Source: a virus
Strand: one strand, 5' to 3'
IMG/VR virus record: IMGVR_UViG_3300045953_000166
DNA length: 64,000 nucleotides
Shown here: in pieces, positions 49,826-58,599 of the stretch
Position numbering within the stretch: the first letter of the stretch is position 1
Layout of the letters: each line of letters begins with the position of its first letter
The notes under the pieces: generated by a model
Database searches by the model: none
What the model saw: only the letters and a program-made list of their open reading frames with translations
What the model was told of the DNA's origin: nothing
Translations under genes and position numbers: made by a program

Positions 49826-51508
49826 TCACGCGTCCTGGTTCACGGCTGCCCGACCAGCGAGCTCGCCGAGCGCCATCGCCGAGAAGACGATGTCGTTCAG
49901 CTCCTCGGGGTCGAGGTCTTGGTAGCGGGCGCGCAGGCGCGCGCGAAGGTCTTCGTAGTCGGTCGCCGCGTCGAGCTCTTCGGCGATCGCTTCGAGCGTG
50001 GGCCACAAAGCAGCGATGCCCGCCGCCGTGCTGTCCTCGGTGAGGGCGTCGGCGTAGAGCTGACCCTCGAGGAAGCCTCGACCCTTGCGGGGCGAGTCGC
50101 CGGAGGCGAGTCGGACGTGCCGTGCTCGAGCCGTCGGTGCTGGCTTGGCCTCTGGCGTCTCCGTCGCTGGCGCCGGGCTACCCGTCGCGCCCGTCGACGC
50201 CGGCGTTGGTGCGGGTGCCCCCGTGGGCTGCCCCGGCACTGGCTTCGGCGGCTCTTCACCGGGGTCGAGCCAATCGTCGAGCTCGAACTCCTCGGTGAAT
50301 TCCTTCCGCTTTACCTTGAAGCCGAGGTCGGTCGCCTTCTTGGCCGCATCGAGCGCGACGTTCGCCGTCTCGCCCTCTGCCTTGAGATTCTTTTTCGGCT
50401 CGACCGGGTAAACCGGGTATGGCGCGAGCTTTCGGTCGCCCCAGTTTCGCTCGGCGTAGGGCTTCAGCGATTGGTCGTGGACCGTCGAGGTCCAGGCCTG
50501 CGCGTCGAAGCGTAGTTTCGCCTGGTCGCCGGTTCGCTCTTGCGACTCAGCCGCAGCGCGGCTGCCGTCCTTCACGACGGTCGTGAGGTTTCCGCCGCGG
50601 ATGTTGACCGCGATGGCTTCGTTCGCCATCTCGATCTGGCTGTCGAAGAGCTCGTTCGAGCCCGCCGCTACCTGCACGAGCTTCAGGTCGAAGCCCGCCG
50701 GCAGCATGACGACCCCGTCACGTCCTCGACGCTTGATCTCGTCGGCTAGTTGGCGCCGGATGTCGGACGCCGGCACTGCTTCGTCGCTCGAGAGATCGCC
50801 GTCCTCGCCGACGGTGCCGACGAGCAGCGCGCCCTTCTCACCAGCTCGCGCACGGTCTTCCCGCGCGAGGTGCTTCAGAAGCACAAGCGGAGCGAGCGCC
50901 CACAGTAGCCCCCACGCCCACGGCCGATTTCGCCCGTAGGGACGGTGCATCATCCAATCCCCGTCACCAGGGACGAGGTCAATCTCTTGGTTCGCGCCCG
51001 TCGAGGCCTCGGACTGGATCCACGTCTTCCACGTGCGCGTCGGCCAGTCGAAGCGCAGGTGTTGCGGGTGCCAGAACTCCGGGCAGGGGAGAACGCGGCC
51101 TTCGTGCCCCTCGACGAGCTGCCACGTGTGACGCGCCGGACCGAGCCCGAGCACGATGCCCCACCGTAGAATCAGCCCGACTTCAGCCTCGGGGTAGGAG
51201 TCCCACCAATCCTCTTCGGCCTCGAGCGCCTTGACGGCACGGTTCGAACGGCGCTTGTCGCCGCTCGCTTCGAAGGTCGGGTCGAGCCCGAGGAGGGCAT
51301 CGACGCGCGCCCCGAGCGCTCCCTGAACGCGGTCGTCTTTCAGGACCCATTCGGTGAGGTTCGCCGCCTGGGGGAGGTTCCCACCATCAGCAGAAATCTC
51401 AGCTGACCGGATCGCCTTCGGCGTCCACGTCGTGAAGACGCGCACGCTCGGCTCGATGCCGGTGCTGTCGCTGGCCTTGCCAGCCTTTCCCTTTTTGGCC
51501 GTCGCCAT
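49826..51508 (-). CDS. Portal protein (Mu gpH/DUF935-like)
   Basis: 560 aa, between terminase and MuF. Pro/Ala-rich C-terminal tail. Confidence 0.7.
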   Translation of the reverse strand: MATAKKGKAGKASDSTGIEPSVRVFTTWTPKAIRSAEISADGGNLPQAANLTEWVLKDDRVQGALGARVDALLGLDPTFEASGDKRRSNRAVKALEAEEDWWDSYPEAEVGLILRWGIVLGLGPARHTWQLVEGHEGRVLPCPEFWHPQHLRFDWPTRTWKTWIQSEASTGANQEIDLVPGDGDWMMHRPYGRNRPWAWGLLWALAPLVLLKHLAREDRARAGEKGALLVGTVGEDGDLSSDEAVPASDIRRQLADEIKRRGRDGVVMLPAGFDLKLVQVAAGSNELFDSQIEMANEAIAVNIRGGNLTTVVKDGSRAAAESQERTGDQAKLRFDAQAWTSTVHDQSLKPYAERNWGDRKLAPYPVYPVEPKKNLKAEGETANVALDAAKKATDLGFKVKRKEFTEEFELDDWLDPGEEPPKPVPGQPTGAPAPTPASTGATGSPAPATETPEAKPAPTARARHVRLASGDSPRKGRGFLEGQLYADALTEDSTAAGIAALWPTLEAIAEELDAATDYEDLRARLRARYQDLDPEELNDIVFSAMALGELAGRAAVNQDA

Positions 51509-51514
51509 CGTTCG

Positions 51515-53044
51515 TCATTCGCCCGGCGAAGGCCACGCGAGGGAAGTGTCGTCCGTACCCGTGCGGGTCAGACCGAAGTGAGCGTTTCCGATCGCGTCGG
51601 CGTCGTCGTCTTTCTCTTTGCCAGAGCCCGTGAAATTCGCGATCACGTCGAGGAATGGGTAGAGCCACTCTTCGAGCTCGATGAGGTCGGGCGAGCCCTT
51701 TTCGTACTGGTCCGGATCGGGGACGAGGAAGCGGCCGGCGTTCCACACGGCCGCAACGTCTGTGTTCGAGACGAGCTTGTCGCCCGGTGGCGGCGAAACC
51801 TTGATCGGGAGCCGCGCTCGAATGAGGAAGTCGGCGGTGCCCTTCTCGGTGCCGCTCGCCCGCCAAAACATCTTCCAGCCGCGGTGCTCGACGTGCCGCG
51901 CCTTCAGCGTGAGCGCGAACGACGGAGCATCCACCTGCTTCCGATCGACACGGGTGAGGAAGAACCGAGGGCCTTTGCCGTCACGCGGCTCGAGCTCCAT
52001 CACGACGCCGGCGCAGATCGAAAAGTCAGCCGTTGTCTTCGCCGAGAAACCGAGGTCGATTCCGTAGGCGCCGCGGTAGCCCGAGTTCGGGAACTCTTTC
52101 GCGGTGTAGTAGGTCGGCTCGTGGAAGACGGTGCCGCCGCGCGGCCTCGGCCTGCCCTGGTAGAGCGCGGCCCACGCGAACTCGAGGATCTTCTCGCGCT
52201 TCTTCTCGAGCGCGTCGACGGGCCACTTGTCCGGGAAGAGTGCTTCGCCGAGGAGCCGACCGTTCGGGTCGTCCGTGACGACGCCGTTGTCGTTTACCGG
52301 TCCTTCGGCGAGCGCACGAAGGTTGATGTAGGTCCACTTCTCCTCGACGAGCACGCCCGAGAGATCCTGGGGGTGCCATCGAGTCGCGAGAAGGAAGATC
52401 GACCCGCCCGGGTGAACGCGGACCTCGATCGCCTCGCGGTAGGTGTCCTCGACGACCGCCCTACGTGCCGCTGAATCTGCTTCCTTGCGGTTCTTGTAGG
52501 GGTCGTCGATGAAGCAGCCGCCGTCGATCGGCTCACCCGTGATGCCGCCATCGACCGACGTGAAGAGGATTTGCCCGCCCCCGGGAATGTACATCTGCGC
52601 GAGCGTGCCGCCTACGACGACGCCGGCGCTCGCGAAGAGCCGCCGCACCTTGCGCGCCATCGCATTCGCGCGCTTCTGGTTGTAGGTGACGTACGCCCAG
52701 CGAAGGCCCGGGTGCTCGAGCACCAAGAACACGAGCAGCGCGAGGGTGACCTCGGTCTTCCCGTGTTGCGGGGGAGCTGCGAAGACGAGCCGGAGGTCGC
52801 CTCCCACGCACTGAAGTACCTGCCGAACGTAGACCCGGAAGTGCAGCGGGACGAGGAGCTTCGGATTCGCTCGACCCCACCACGCCCAGAATCGCGCCTC
52901 GCGGTCGCGCTCGTCAGGCGGTACCGGTGGGGACGCCGTTTCCGGCGGTGGCGCCTGGTCGGCCGCCTCCCACACTTCCGCCGATGCCGCCAGCGCTTGG
53001 AGCCGGCGCACCTTGGTTAGAATTCGGAAGATCCCGCCCGACAT
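51515..53044 (-). CDS. terL: Terminase large subunit
   Basis: APPQHGKT (Walker A-like), GGCFIDDPYK (Walker B), LLATRWHPQDL, C-terminal RNaseH-like nuclease region. Confidence 0.8.
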   Translation of the reverse strand: MSGGIFRILTKVRRLQALAASAEVWEAADQAPPPETASPPVPPDERDREARFWAWWGRANPKLLVPLHFRVYVRQVLQCVGGDLRLVFAAPPQHGKTEVTLALLVFLVLEHPGLRWAYVTYNQKRANAMARKVRRLFASAGVVVGGTLAQMYIPGGGQILFTSVDGGITGEPIDGGCFIDDPYKNRKEADSAARRAVVEDTYREAIEVRVHPGGSIFLLATRWHPQDLSGVLVEEKWTYINLRALAEGPVNDNGVVTDDPNGRLLGEALFPDKWPVDALEKKREKILEFAWAALYQGRPRPRGGTVFHEPTYYTAKEFPNSGYRGAYGIDLGFSAKTTADFSICAGVVMELEPRDGKGPRFFLTRVDRKQVDAPSFALTLKARHVEHRGWKMFWRASGTEKGTADFLIRARLPIKVSPPPGDKLVSNTDVAAVWNAGRFLVPDPDQYEKGSPDLIELEEWLYPFLDVIANFTGSGKEKDDDADAIGNAHFGLTRTGTDDTSLAWPSPGE

Positions 53045-53465
53045 GAGTGCTTTGAGCAGGTTTCGCCGGTTGACGGCGGGTGTTCGGGAGGGCGTCCACG
53101 GCGATGATCTTCTCGTTGATCAGGTGCACCGCTCCCGCCACGTCGCGCAGGTACTCGGGTTTGCCCTTTGCCTGCTCGAAGAGATTCTCGAGCGTGTCGA
53201 AGCCGATGCGAAGCACGCGGAGAGCCTGCGGGCGCCACTCCTCGGCGAATTCTTGTCTCTTCGCCTCGACCTTCGCGCGCAGCGCGTCGTTCGCGGCGAT
53301 CTTGCGCGCGGCACGCTTGATCGTCTCCGGATGGACGTCGTAGACCCTGGCGGCTTTCGGGAAGCCGTGAACCTGAGCCATAGCCCAGGCCTCTGCGAGC
53401 GTCTCGAGCGGCAGGACCGTCTTAGGCTTCGTCTTCCGCTTTGGTTCCGCGGGCTTGTCCAACAT
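52914..53465 (-). CDS. Terminase small subunit-like DNA-binding protein
   Basis: LAEAWAMAQVHGFPKAARVYDVHPETIKRAARKI is an HTH. Lies directly upstream of terL. The 3' 131 nt overlap terL, so the true end is uncertain. Confidence 0.45.
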   Translation of the reverse strand: MLDKPAEPKRKTKPKTVLPLETLAEAWAMAQVHGFPKAARVYDVHPETIKRAARKIAANDALRAKVEAKRQEFAEEWRPQALRVLRIGFDTLENLFEQAKGKPEYLRDVAGAVHLINEKIIAVDALPNTRRQPAKPAQSTHVGRDLPNSNQGAPAPSAGGIGGSVGGGRPGATAGNGVPTGTA

Positions 53466-53637
53466 CGACCGTAACCTTCACTCGCGTTCCGCCGCAGAGC
53501 TCGCAAGCCGTCGGCGCATCGACGACCGTCGTCCGCTCACCTTGTGCGACGAGCACGCCTTCGATTTCCCGCTCGGCTCCGCAGGTCGCGCACCGTGCCT
53601 CGAGGTCGAGGTCGATCGCGATGCCCGTCGGCGCCAT
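53422..53637 (-). CDS. Zinc-ribbon protein
   Basis: CATCG...CELCGG. First ORF after the late regulatory region. Confidence 0.45.
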   Translation of the reverse strand: MAPTGIAIDLDLEARCATCGAEREIEGVLVAQGERTTVVDAPTACELCGGTRVKVTVDVGQARGTKAEDEA

Positions 53638-53754
53638 GCCGACCGAGCCTACCGCTTCCGCGTCGTTCCGTCCCGGCCGCGTTTGCGTCTGCCCGGCTGG
53701 TCTGCCGTGGGCGGCCTCCGGAGTGCCATCGCTTGCCCTGTACCCCTATCCGAT

Positions 53755-53768
53755 CGCGCGCGCGCGCG
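53755..53768. repeat. (CG)7 alternating tract
   Basis: CGCGCGCGCGCGCG inside the 163-bp non-coding leader of the packaging operon. Confidence 0.9.
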
Positions 53769-53769
53769 T

Positions 53770-53818
53770 GTAATAGTGTGTCGTGGCTGTTCACTTTGTC
53801 TCACTTGATGTTCACTTT
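53770..53818 (-). promoter_or_regulatory. Candidate activator-dependent late promoter with phased AAGTGA repeats
   Basis: Minus strand AAAAAAGTGAACATCAAGTGAGACAAAGTGAACAGCCACGACACACTATTAC. AAGTGA x3 at a 10-11-bp period (TGTTCACTTT at 53788-53797 and 53809-53818). TATTAC -10 without a good -35. The most AT-rich spot of the region. Confidence 0.4.
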
Positions 53819-54100
53819 TTTTTCGATGCGGGTGAGGCGCTGGCGATCTTCTAGAACCATCTCGCGGAGTTCGAGGATGTCTAGCTGGGTGACTTCGCCG
53901 AACGCCTCCGGGTCGATGACTTTCAAGACCGCGATGGTCGTCCAGAGCTTCGCGTTTGGGGCGTCGGGGTTCTTCGAGAAGGTCCAGAGGATCCCGCCCT
54001 GCTTCTCGTGTTCGGCTTGAAGTTTTGCCCGGTACGCGCGGCGCTCGATCCCCGCTGCGTCCGCTGCAGCGTTGACCGAGACGTAGCCGCGGGGTCTCAC
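53801..54100 (-). CDS. Small HTH protein (late-gene activator candidate)
   Basis: GTGA-coupled GTG 54100. VSVNAAADAAGIERRAYRAKL is an HTH. Last gene before the late promoter-like region. Confidence 0.45.
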   Translation of the reverse strand: MRPRGYVSVNAAADAAGIERRAYRAKLQAEHEKQGGILWTFSKNPDAPNAKLWTTIAVLKVIDPEAFGEVTQLDILELREMVLEDRQRLTRIEKKVNIK

Positions 54101-54387
54101 GTCGCTTGGGGCTCCTCGCGATCGACCCGGTGGGCGTGGCCACCGACTTCGGCCGCCACGGCTCTCGCGTCCTGCTCGGAAAGGTGCATCGCCCCGAGTT
54201 CTAGCCCCTGCAAGCTCGCCGTTCCCTTGACGGTCCCGGTCGCGAGCACGTCGTGCGAACGGTCGACGTCGAACCTTACGAATCGAAGCGCCGCCCAGCG
54301 CTCGCCCTCGGGCAGATCCCGCCACCCTTTGCGAAGTACGTGCGTGTAATCCTCGCTCACAACGGTCCAGCCTGTAACGCGAATCAT
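54097..54387 (-). CDS. Hypothetical protein
   Basis: MIRVTGWTVVSEDYTHVLRKGW..., AAGAGG RBS, coupled stops. Confidence 0.5.
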   Translation of the reverse strand: MIRVTGWTVVSEDYTHVLRKGWRDLPEGERWAALRFVRFDVDRSHDVLATGTVKGTASLQGLELGAMHLSEQDARAVAAEVGGHAHRVDREEPQAT

Positions 54388-54569
54388 GGTCGCAACCTCT
54401 TGGCTTCTCGGAAGATTTGCTCGATCGCGCCCGGCTCGGGCCACCGCTGGAAGGTCGGCGGGGGTAAGCGCCGGACCGTCGGTGTAGGTTCCGGTGCGAC
54501 GATCTCGGCGGGCGCACCGGGGCGGCGCCGACGGATGACGGCGAGGATGACGGGGGCGCGCTGGTTCAT
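54384..54569 (-). CDS. Hypothetical small protein
   Basis: 61 aa, ATGA overlaps at both ends. Confidence 0.4.
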   Translation of the reverse strand: MNQRAPVILAVIRRRRPGAPAEIVAPEPTPTVRRLPPPTFQRWPEPGAIEQIFREAKRLRP

Positions 54570-54892
54570 GACGGGAAGATTCTCGCCATCCGTCGGGCCA
54601 TTTCCGAGTCGTAGCTTCCACGCAGATGCCTCGCGAGGTCAGCTACCGACACGTCCCGAACGGCCATCGCCTCCACGGCTACTTTCAAGGGTCCGACGGA
54701 AGCGCTGAAAATCTCACCGAAGGCGTCGTGATGGTACTTCGACGCGTCCACGCTCGGGCCGAAAGCCATCCGGCACGCGGCCTTCCAGTTGTCGTGAAGC
54801 GTCGGCGGCGCCCAGATGAACGAGTAGGCTCGCGTCGGCTCGACCAATGCCGGACCTGCGGCGAGCAAAGCGAGTAGCTCCCGGCGGTTCAA
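54566..54892 (-). CDS. Hypothetical protein with Tat-like signal
   Basis: MNRRELLALLAAGPALV has a twin Arg followed by a hydrophobic stretch. Confidence 0.4.
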   Translation of the reverse strand: MNRRELLALLAAGPALVEPTRAYSFIWAPPTLHDNWKAACRMAFGPSVDASKYHHDAFGEIFSASVGPLKVAVEAMAVRDVSVADLARHLRGSYDSEMARRMARIFPS

Positions 54893-55554
54893 GGCTTCAC
54901 CCTCCTCGGCGCTTCCACCGGCACAAGCCGCCGTTTGCTCGCCCCCATCGTCCCGGCCTGCCGCTTCGCCACGGGGATAGGCCTCGACCGCATCCGGACC
55001 TCACTGACTTCTTTCTTCTGGAAACCCCGAGCGGCCTCGTACTCTTCGATCGCCCCGTCGTAGCGCTTCTCGGCGAACGCTATGAGCTCGACGAGCTCGT
55101 CGTTTTCGCTGCCGTCGAGCTTGAGCTTCGCCTGCCCGGTGCGGACGAGGTAGGTGACGATCGGCTCGAGGTGTTCCTTGTCGTGCCGTGCGAGCAGGCC
55201 GGCGCTCTGCTGGTCGCGCTTTCGGATCGAGAACACGAACTCGGTGAGCGCCTGCGTTCCGTGGCTGCAACTCGAGAGTGCGAGCCTGATCTTCTTGTAG
55301 CGCTCGGCCGCCTTGATGAGCCCGGGGCCCGGAACCGGGCACGTCACCTCGCCGTCGATGTAGGGCTCGAGCTGCGTTCCGACATGCCCGCCGACCATCG
55401 CCATGAAGACGAGCGACGACCAGGCCGAGCGCTCGCCGAGCGCACCGCCCGACTCGCGGTAGAACCACCCGAGCTCTTCTTCCGATCGGTTTCTTCCTTC
55501 CCAGGGTGAGAGGGCGGCTTCGGTCGCTTCGCGGGGGATGGCTTCGATGCTCAT
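54889..55554 (-). CDS. Hypothetical protein
   Basis: Start MSIEAIPRE (ATG 55554, ATGA overlap), 221 aa. Confidence 0.5.
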   Translation of the reverse strand: MSIEAIPREATEAALSPWEGRNRSEEELGWFYRESGGALGERSAWSSLVFMAMVGGHVGTQLEPYIDGEVTCPVPGPGLIKAAERYKKIRLALSSCSHGTQALTEFVFSIRKRDQQSAGLLARHDKEHLEPIVTYLVRTGQAKLKLDGSENDELVELIAFAEKRYDGAIEEYEAARGFQKKEVSEVRMRSRPIPVAKRQAGTMGASKRRLVPVEAPRRVKP

Positions 55555-55817
55555 GTTTTGAGAACCTCCGTGCACACGAACGGTTTCGGTCCGCGTAGGT
55601 CGATGGGTGGCGTTTCGAAAGCTCGGTGCATCCCGATCAGGGCTCCGGCGACGACGCCCGGATCGGTGTCGAAGAGACTCTCGGCGCCGCCACGGACGTC
55701 GACGATGGCGCCCGCTTCGTCGAAATAGACGTAGCAAACGGTGTAGATGGCGAGCCCCGGCACTGCCTCACTCGCGTGGATGCAGACGCGATATTCACCG
55801 CGCAAGTCGTGCCTCAC
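55551..55817 (-). CDS. Hypothetical protein
   Basis: 88 aa, coupled at both ends. Confidence 0.5.
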   Translation of the reverse strand: MRHDLRGEYRVCIHASEAVPGLAIYTVCYVYFDEAGAIVDVRGGAESLFDTDPGVVAGALIGMHRAFETPPIDLRGPKPFVCTEVLKT

Positions 55818-56185
55818 GTCAATGGCTCCTTTCGATGCTCTGCTTCGGGTCCGAGGGTGAGAAGCAATTCTCGGGCGGTGTCACCGAGCTCGTCGCCGTC
55901 CCCGACGTGCACTTCGGCAAGCTCTCGCGCGAGTGGAAGTGCCCGCTCGAGCTTCTTGACTCGCTCGTTCAGGTTCGTTGTACGATCAGCGAGCGCCGCG
56001 GCGGTCGCTGGCATCAGGTTCGCGTCGAATGCGTCGTCCAGGAACCGCACGACCGCGCGCGTGAAGCACTTGTCGACGTAGACGTCGCGGTACTTTGCGA
56101 AGTTGTGAGGGTGCGCGCGGCGCTCCACGTCGGCGAGCATTACCTTCGCCATCTCCGCGATGCGGTCGCTCGGGCGCGTGCTCAT
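55814..56185 (-). CDS. Hypothetical protein
   Basis: Start MSTRPSDRIAEMAKV with GGAGAAAG RBS. Confidence 0.5.
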   Translation of the reverse strand: MSTRPSDRIAEMAKVMLADVERRAHPHNFAKYRDVYVDKCFTRAVVRFLDDAFDANLMPATAAALADRTTNLNERVKKLERALPLARELAEVHVGDGDELGDTARELLLTLGPEAEHRKEPLT

Positions 56186-56463
56186 CTGCTTTCTCCGCAC
56201 GCCTCGAGCGCCGGCGCGCCCACATCCGGACGCTGACACGCAAGCTGCTCGTAGCCATCTGCACTCCGAACCTCGACCGCTGCAGCACCTGGACCTTCAT
56301 CTCCCGCGAGCCTCACGGTCGAGGACTCTCCCGCATACACGATGAAGCAGCCTCCTGGTGTTGGTCCTGGGTTCGCGAGGACGACGATTGGTTCGCACTC
56401 TTGCACCACGATCGATTCGCCGCCGCATGCGGCCAACCAGATGAAAACGAGCCAACACCTCAC
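56182..56463 (-). CDS. Lipoprotein
   Basis: GTG 56463 after GAGGAGG. (M)RCWLVFIWLAACGG has lipobox LAAC. The mature part has 4 Cys. Confidence 0.55.
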   Translation of the reverse strand: MRCWLVFIWLAACGGESIVVQECEPIVVLANPGPTPGGCFIVYAGESSTVRLAGDEGPGAAAVEVRSADGYEQLACQRPDVGAPALEACGESR

Positions 56464-56744
56464 GCGTTCAACCTCCTCGCCGGCCTCGGGATCCCCTGCG
56501 ATTGCTGAAGCGCGAGTCGGATGATCGAGACCGCGTGCGCCGCCGGGCTCAGCTCGCTGAGCTTCTCGAGCCAGATGGGACCGCCGATCATGACGGCCCC
56601 TCCGCACGAGAGGCAGACGGTTGGCGTCGGCGGTGGCGCGATGACGAGGGACTTAGTCTGTGCGGAGCCGCAGTGCGCGCAGAAGAGCGGCGGGTGCTCG
56701 ATGCCACGCGGTTGATGCTGGGCTGGGTTCAACGAAGCCCCCAC
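56460..56744 (-). CDS. Zinc-ribbon protein
   Basis: CAHCG...CLSCGG. GTGA coupling downstream. Confidence 0.45.
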   Translation of the reverse strand: MGASLNPAQHQPRGIEHPPLFCAHCGSAQTKSLVIAPPPTPTVCLSCGGAVMIGGPIWLEKLSELSPAAHAVSIIRLALQQSQGIPRPARRLNA

Positions 56745-57286
56745 GCCGCGCGCCGGCGCTCACCGTGAGCGTGGGCGCGTTTCCGCTTTTTCTTCTGCTT
56801 CGGTTGGTCTCTCCTCGGCTCGTAGTCAGCGACGTGGCGCTCGCGCTCGTAGTACGGATGCCGGTGTCGCCTGTTCGGGTGCGACGAGCAGCAGCCTCCG
56901 CACGAGCTCGGCGCCAGGGCGTAGCCTTGAACGTGCTCGACGCGAACGACCTGCGCGGGCGGCGCCGTGTGGATCGTACATGCCTGCAGCGAGACTGCCG
57001 CAACGGCGAGCGCGAGTGCCGGCGGGAAGCGCCGGTCGATGTCTCGCAGGCTAGAACGCACCCACCCCGCCATCTGCCAACGGAACACGAGCCGCAGAGC
57101 GATCCACCCTGCGATCACGAGCGCGGCTGTGAACGGCGTCATCCGCTCAAAGTGCCAAAGGCAGAGAGCGGTGACCACGGCGACGGCGTCGGCGAATCGC
57201 CTCCCGCCCATCCTGAGTTGCCGCTCGGTCTCCGCGCCCTCCTGGAAGGCCTTCTGTCGCTCAATGAACCTTTCTGCGTCAAGCAC
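56729..57286 (-). CDS. Putative membrane protein (start uncertain)
   Basis: Hydrophobic helices FADAVAVVTALCLWHF and FTAALVIAGWIALRLVF. Cys/His/Lys-rich tail. GTG 57286 chosen. Confidence 0.3.
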   Translation of the reverse strand: MLDAERFIERQKAFQEGAETERQLRMGGRRFADAVAVVTALCLWHFERMTPFTAALVIAGWIALRLVFRWQMAGWVRSSLRDIDRRFPPALALAVAAVSLQACTIHTAPPAQVVRVEHVQGYALAPSSCGGCCSSHPNRRHRHPYYERERHVADYEPRRDQPKQKKKRKRAHAHGERRRAAWGLR

Positions 57287-57527
57287 GGCGCCCGCCTTTG
57301 CTCCGCTTCCCCTTCGTCTTCTGCACGAGCGCCGAGCCAGCGACGGCTTCGATGTGACGGTGGACGTCGTGGTGTTCGGCTCCGCCGTCGTGCCGATGCC
57401 AGACGAAAGTTCCCGTCTCGCACATTTGCAGTAGCAATGACGCCGACGTTGCCACACGGGGGCTCGTTCGGCGTTCGCGTCGTCGCTTGCTCGTAACCTT
57501 CGTTCGTTTCTTCGTTCGTCGTGCCAT
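57279..57527 (-). CDS. Small basic protein
   Basis: MARRTKKRTKVTSKRRRERR..., GAGGAA RBS, immediately after the helicase gene. Confidence 0.35.
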   Translation of the reverse strand: MARRTKKRTKVTSKRRRERRTSPRVATSASLLLQMCETGTFVWHRHDGGAEHHDVHRHIEAVAGSALVQKTKGKRSKGGRRA

Positions 57528-57540
57528 CAATTCCTCACTT

Positions 57541-58599
57541 TCATGGGTAGCGCTGCTCAGCGTGCGCCTCCGGTGAGTCCTGTTCCTTGTTCCAAAGCTC
57601 GTAGTTGTGCCCTTCCGGCTCGACGACGCGGTTGAAACACGCGTGCTCTTTGCTCCACGAGAGCGGCACCTTCGCGCCCTTCGGACCGTTCTTGACCTTG
57701 TCGACCAGCACCGTCTTCGTGCCGGCCGTGATCATCACGCTGCCGTTCTTGCGGGTGACATCCTTCTCGGGCTCGAAACCGATCAGGATCACTTCGCTCG
57801 CGTTCGCGACGTCCTTGCACTCACGAATGTTCTTTCGCGTCGGCACCTTCGTCTCGGCGTCCAGCGTGAGCTGCGAGAAAATGATGCCGGCGATGCGTTC
57901 GTTCTTGGTGACGTACCGCATCACCTTCGCGATTTCGCGGAACTTCACACGCTCGTCCTGGTGATTGCGAGCGGAGCTGAACTCTTGGAGGTAGTCGAAC
58001 GCGCACACGTCGATCTTGTGCTCTCGAATGGCCTGGACGAGCGGCCCAGGTTTCTTGTTGTCGCCCCGGAGGTATTCTCGCCCAGCAAGATCCTCGATGT
58101 GCCAGCCCTTCGCGTTCAGAAACGCTGGCCGCGGGCGTGCTGCGTTCTCAACGTCAATGATCCGCTGCTTCTCTTGGTCGGTGAGCCTCTTGTCACGAAG
58201 CCGGAGGGCGTTCACTCGAGCTCGGCGGACCATGAGGCGATCGCCGTACATTTCCTCGGTGTCTTCGGCCGAGCAGATGAGAACGCGCTTTTCGTTTTCG
58301 TCGTACACCGACACGAGCCAAGAGCTTTTCCCGAAGCTCGTGTCGGCGCCGAATAGCCACGTGTAGCCGGGCTTGATGCCACCCGTGATCCAATCGAGCC
58401 GGTAGTGCCCGGTCGTGCACGACTCGTCGACCTTCAGGCTGATGGCGCGTACACGCGACGCCGCCAGCACTTCGGCCTCGGAAAGGATCTGCGGCACGCG
58501 CACCGCGACGGGCTTCGTCCCCTCCCGAGGATCTCGTGGAAGCGTCCCGTCTCGGTGCCGATCCGCCTCATCGGCGTGCTGTCCGTTCGTGCCCGTCAT
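57541..58599 (-). CDS. DnaB-like replicative helicase (RecA-fold C-terminal domain)
   Basis: FGADTSFGKS (Walker A), VCAFDYLQ (Walker B), IIFSQLT, ILIGF. Confidence 0.75.
   Translation of the reverse strand: MTGTNGQHADEADRHRDGTLPRDPREGTKPVAVRVPQILSEAEVLAASRVRAISLKVDESCTTGHYRLDWITGGIKPGYTWLFGADTSFGKSSWLVSVYDENEKRVLICSAEDTEEMYGDRLMVRRARVNALRLRDKRLTDQEKQRIIDVENAARPRPAFLNAKGWHIEDLAGREYLRGDNKKPGPLVQAIREHKIDVCAFDYLQEFSSARNHQDERVKFREIAKVMRYVTKNERIAGIIFSQLTLDAETKVPTRKNIRECKDVANASEVILIGFEPEKDVTRKNGSVMITAGTKTVLVDKVKNGPKGAKVPLSWSKEHACFNRVVEPEGHNYELWNKEQDSPEAHAEQRYP

Noticed and set aside
52914-53044. 131-nt overlap of the terS-like ORF with terL as evidence of a frameshift or fusion
   Set aside because: No slippery sequence was seen. 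The simpler explanation is uncertainty in the true terL start or the terS end in GC-rich sequence.
53755-53768. (CG)7 tract as a functional Z-DNA element
   Set aside because: The tract is real, but function cannot be inferred from sequence alone. It is mentioned only as part of the late control region.
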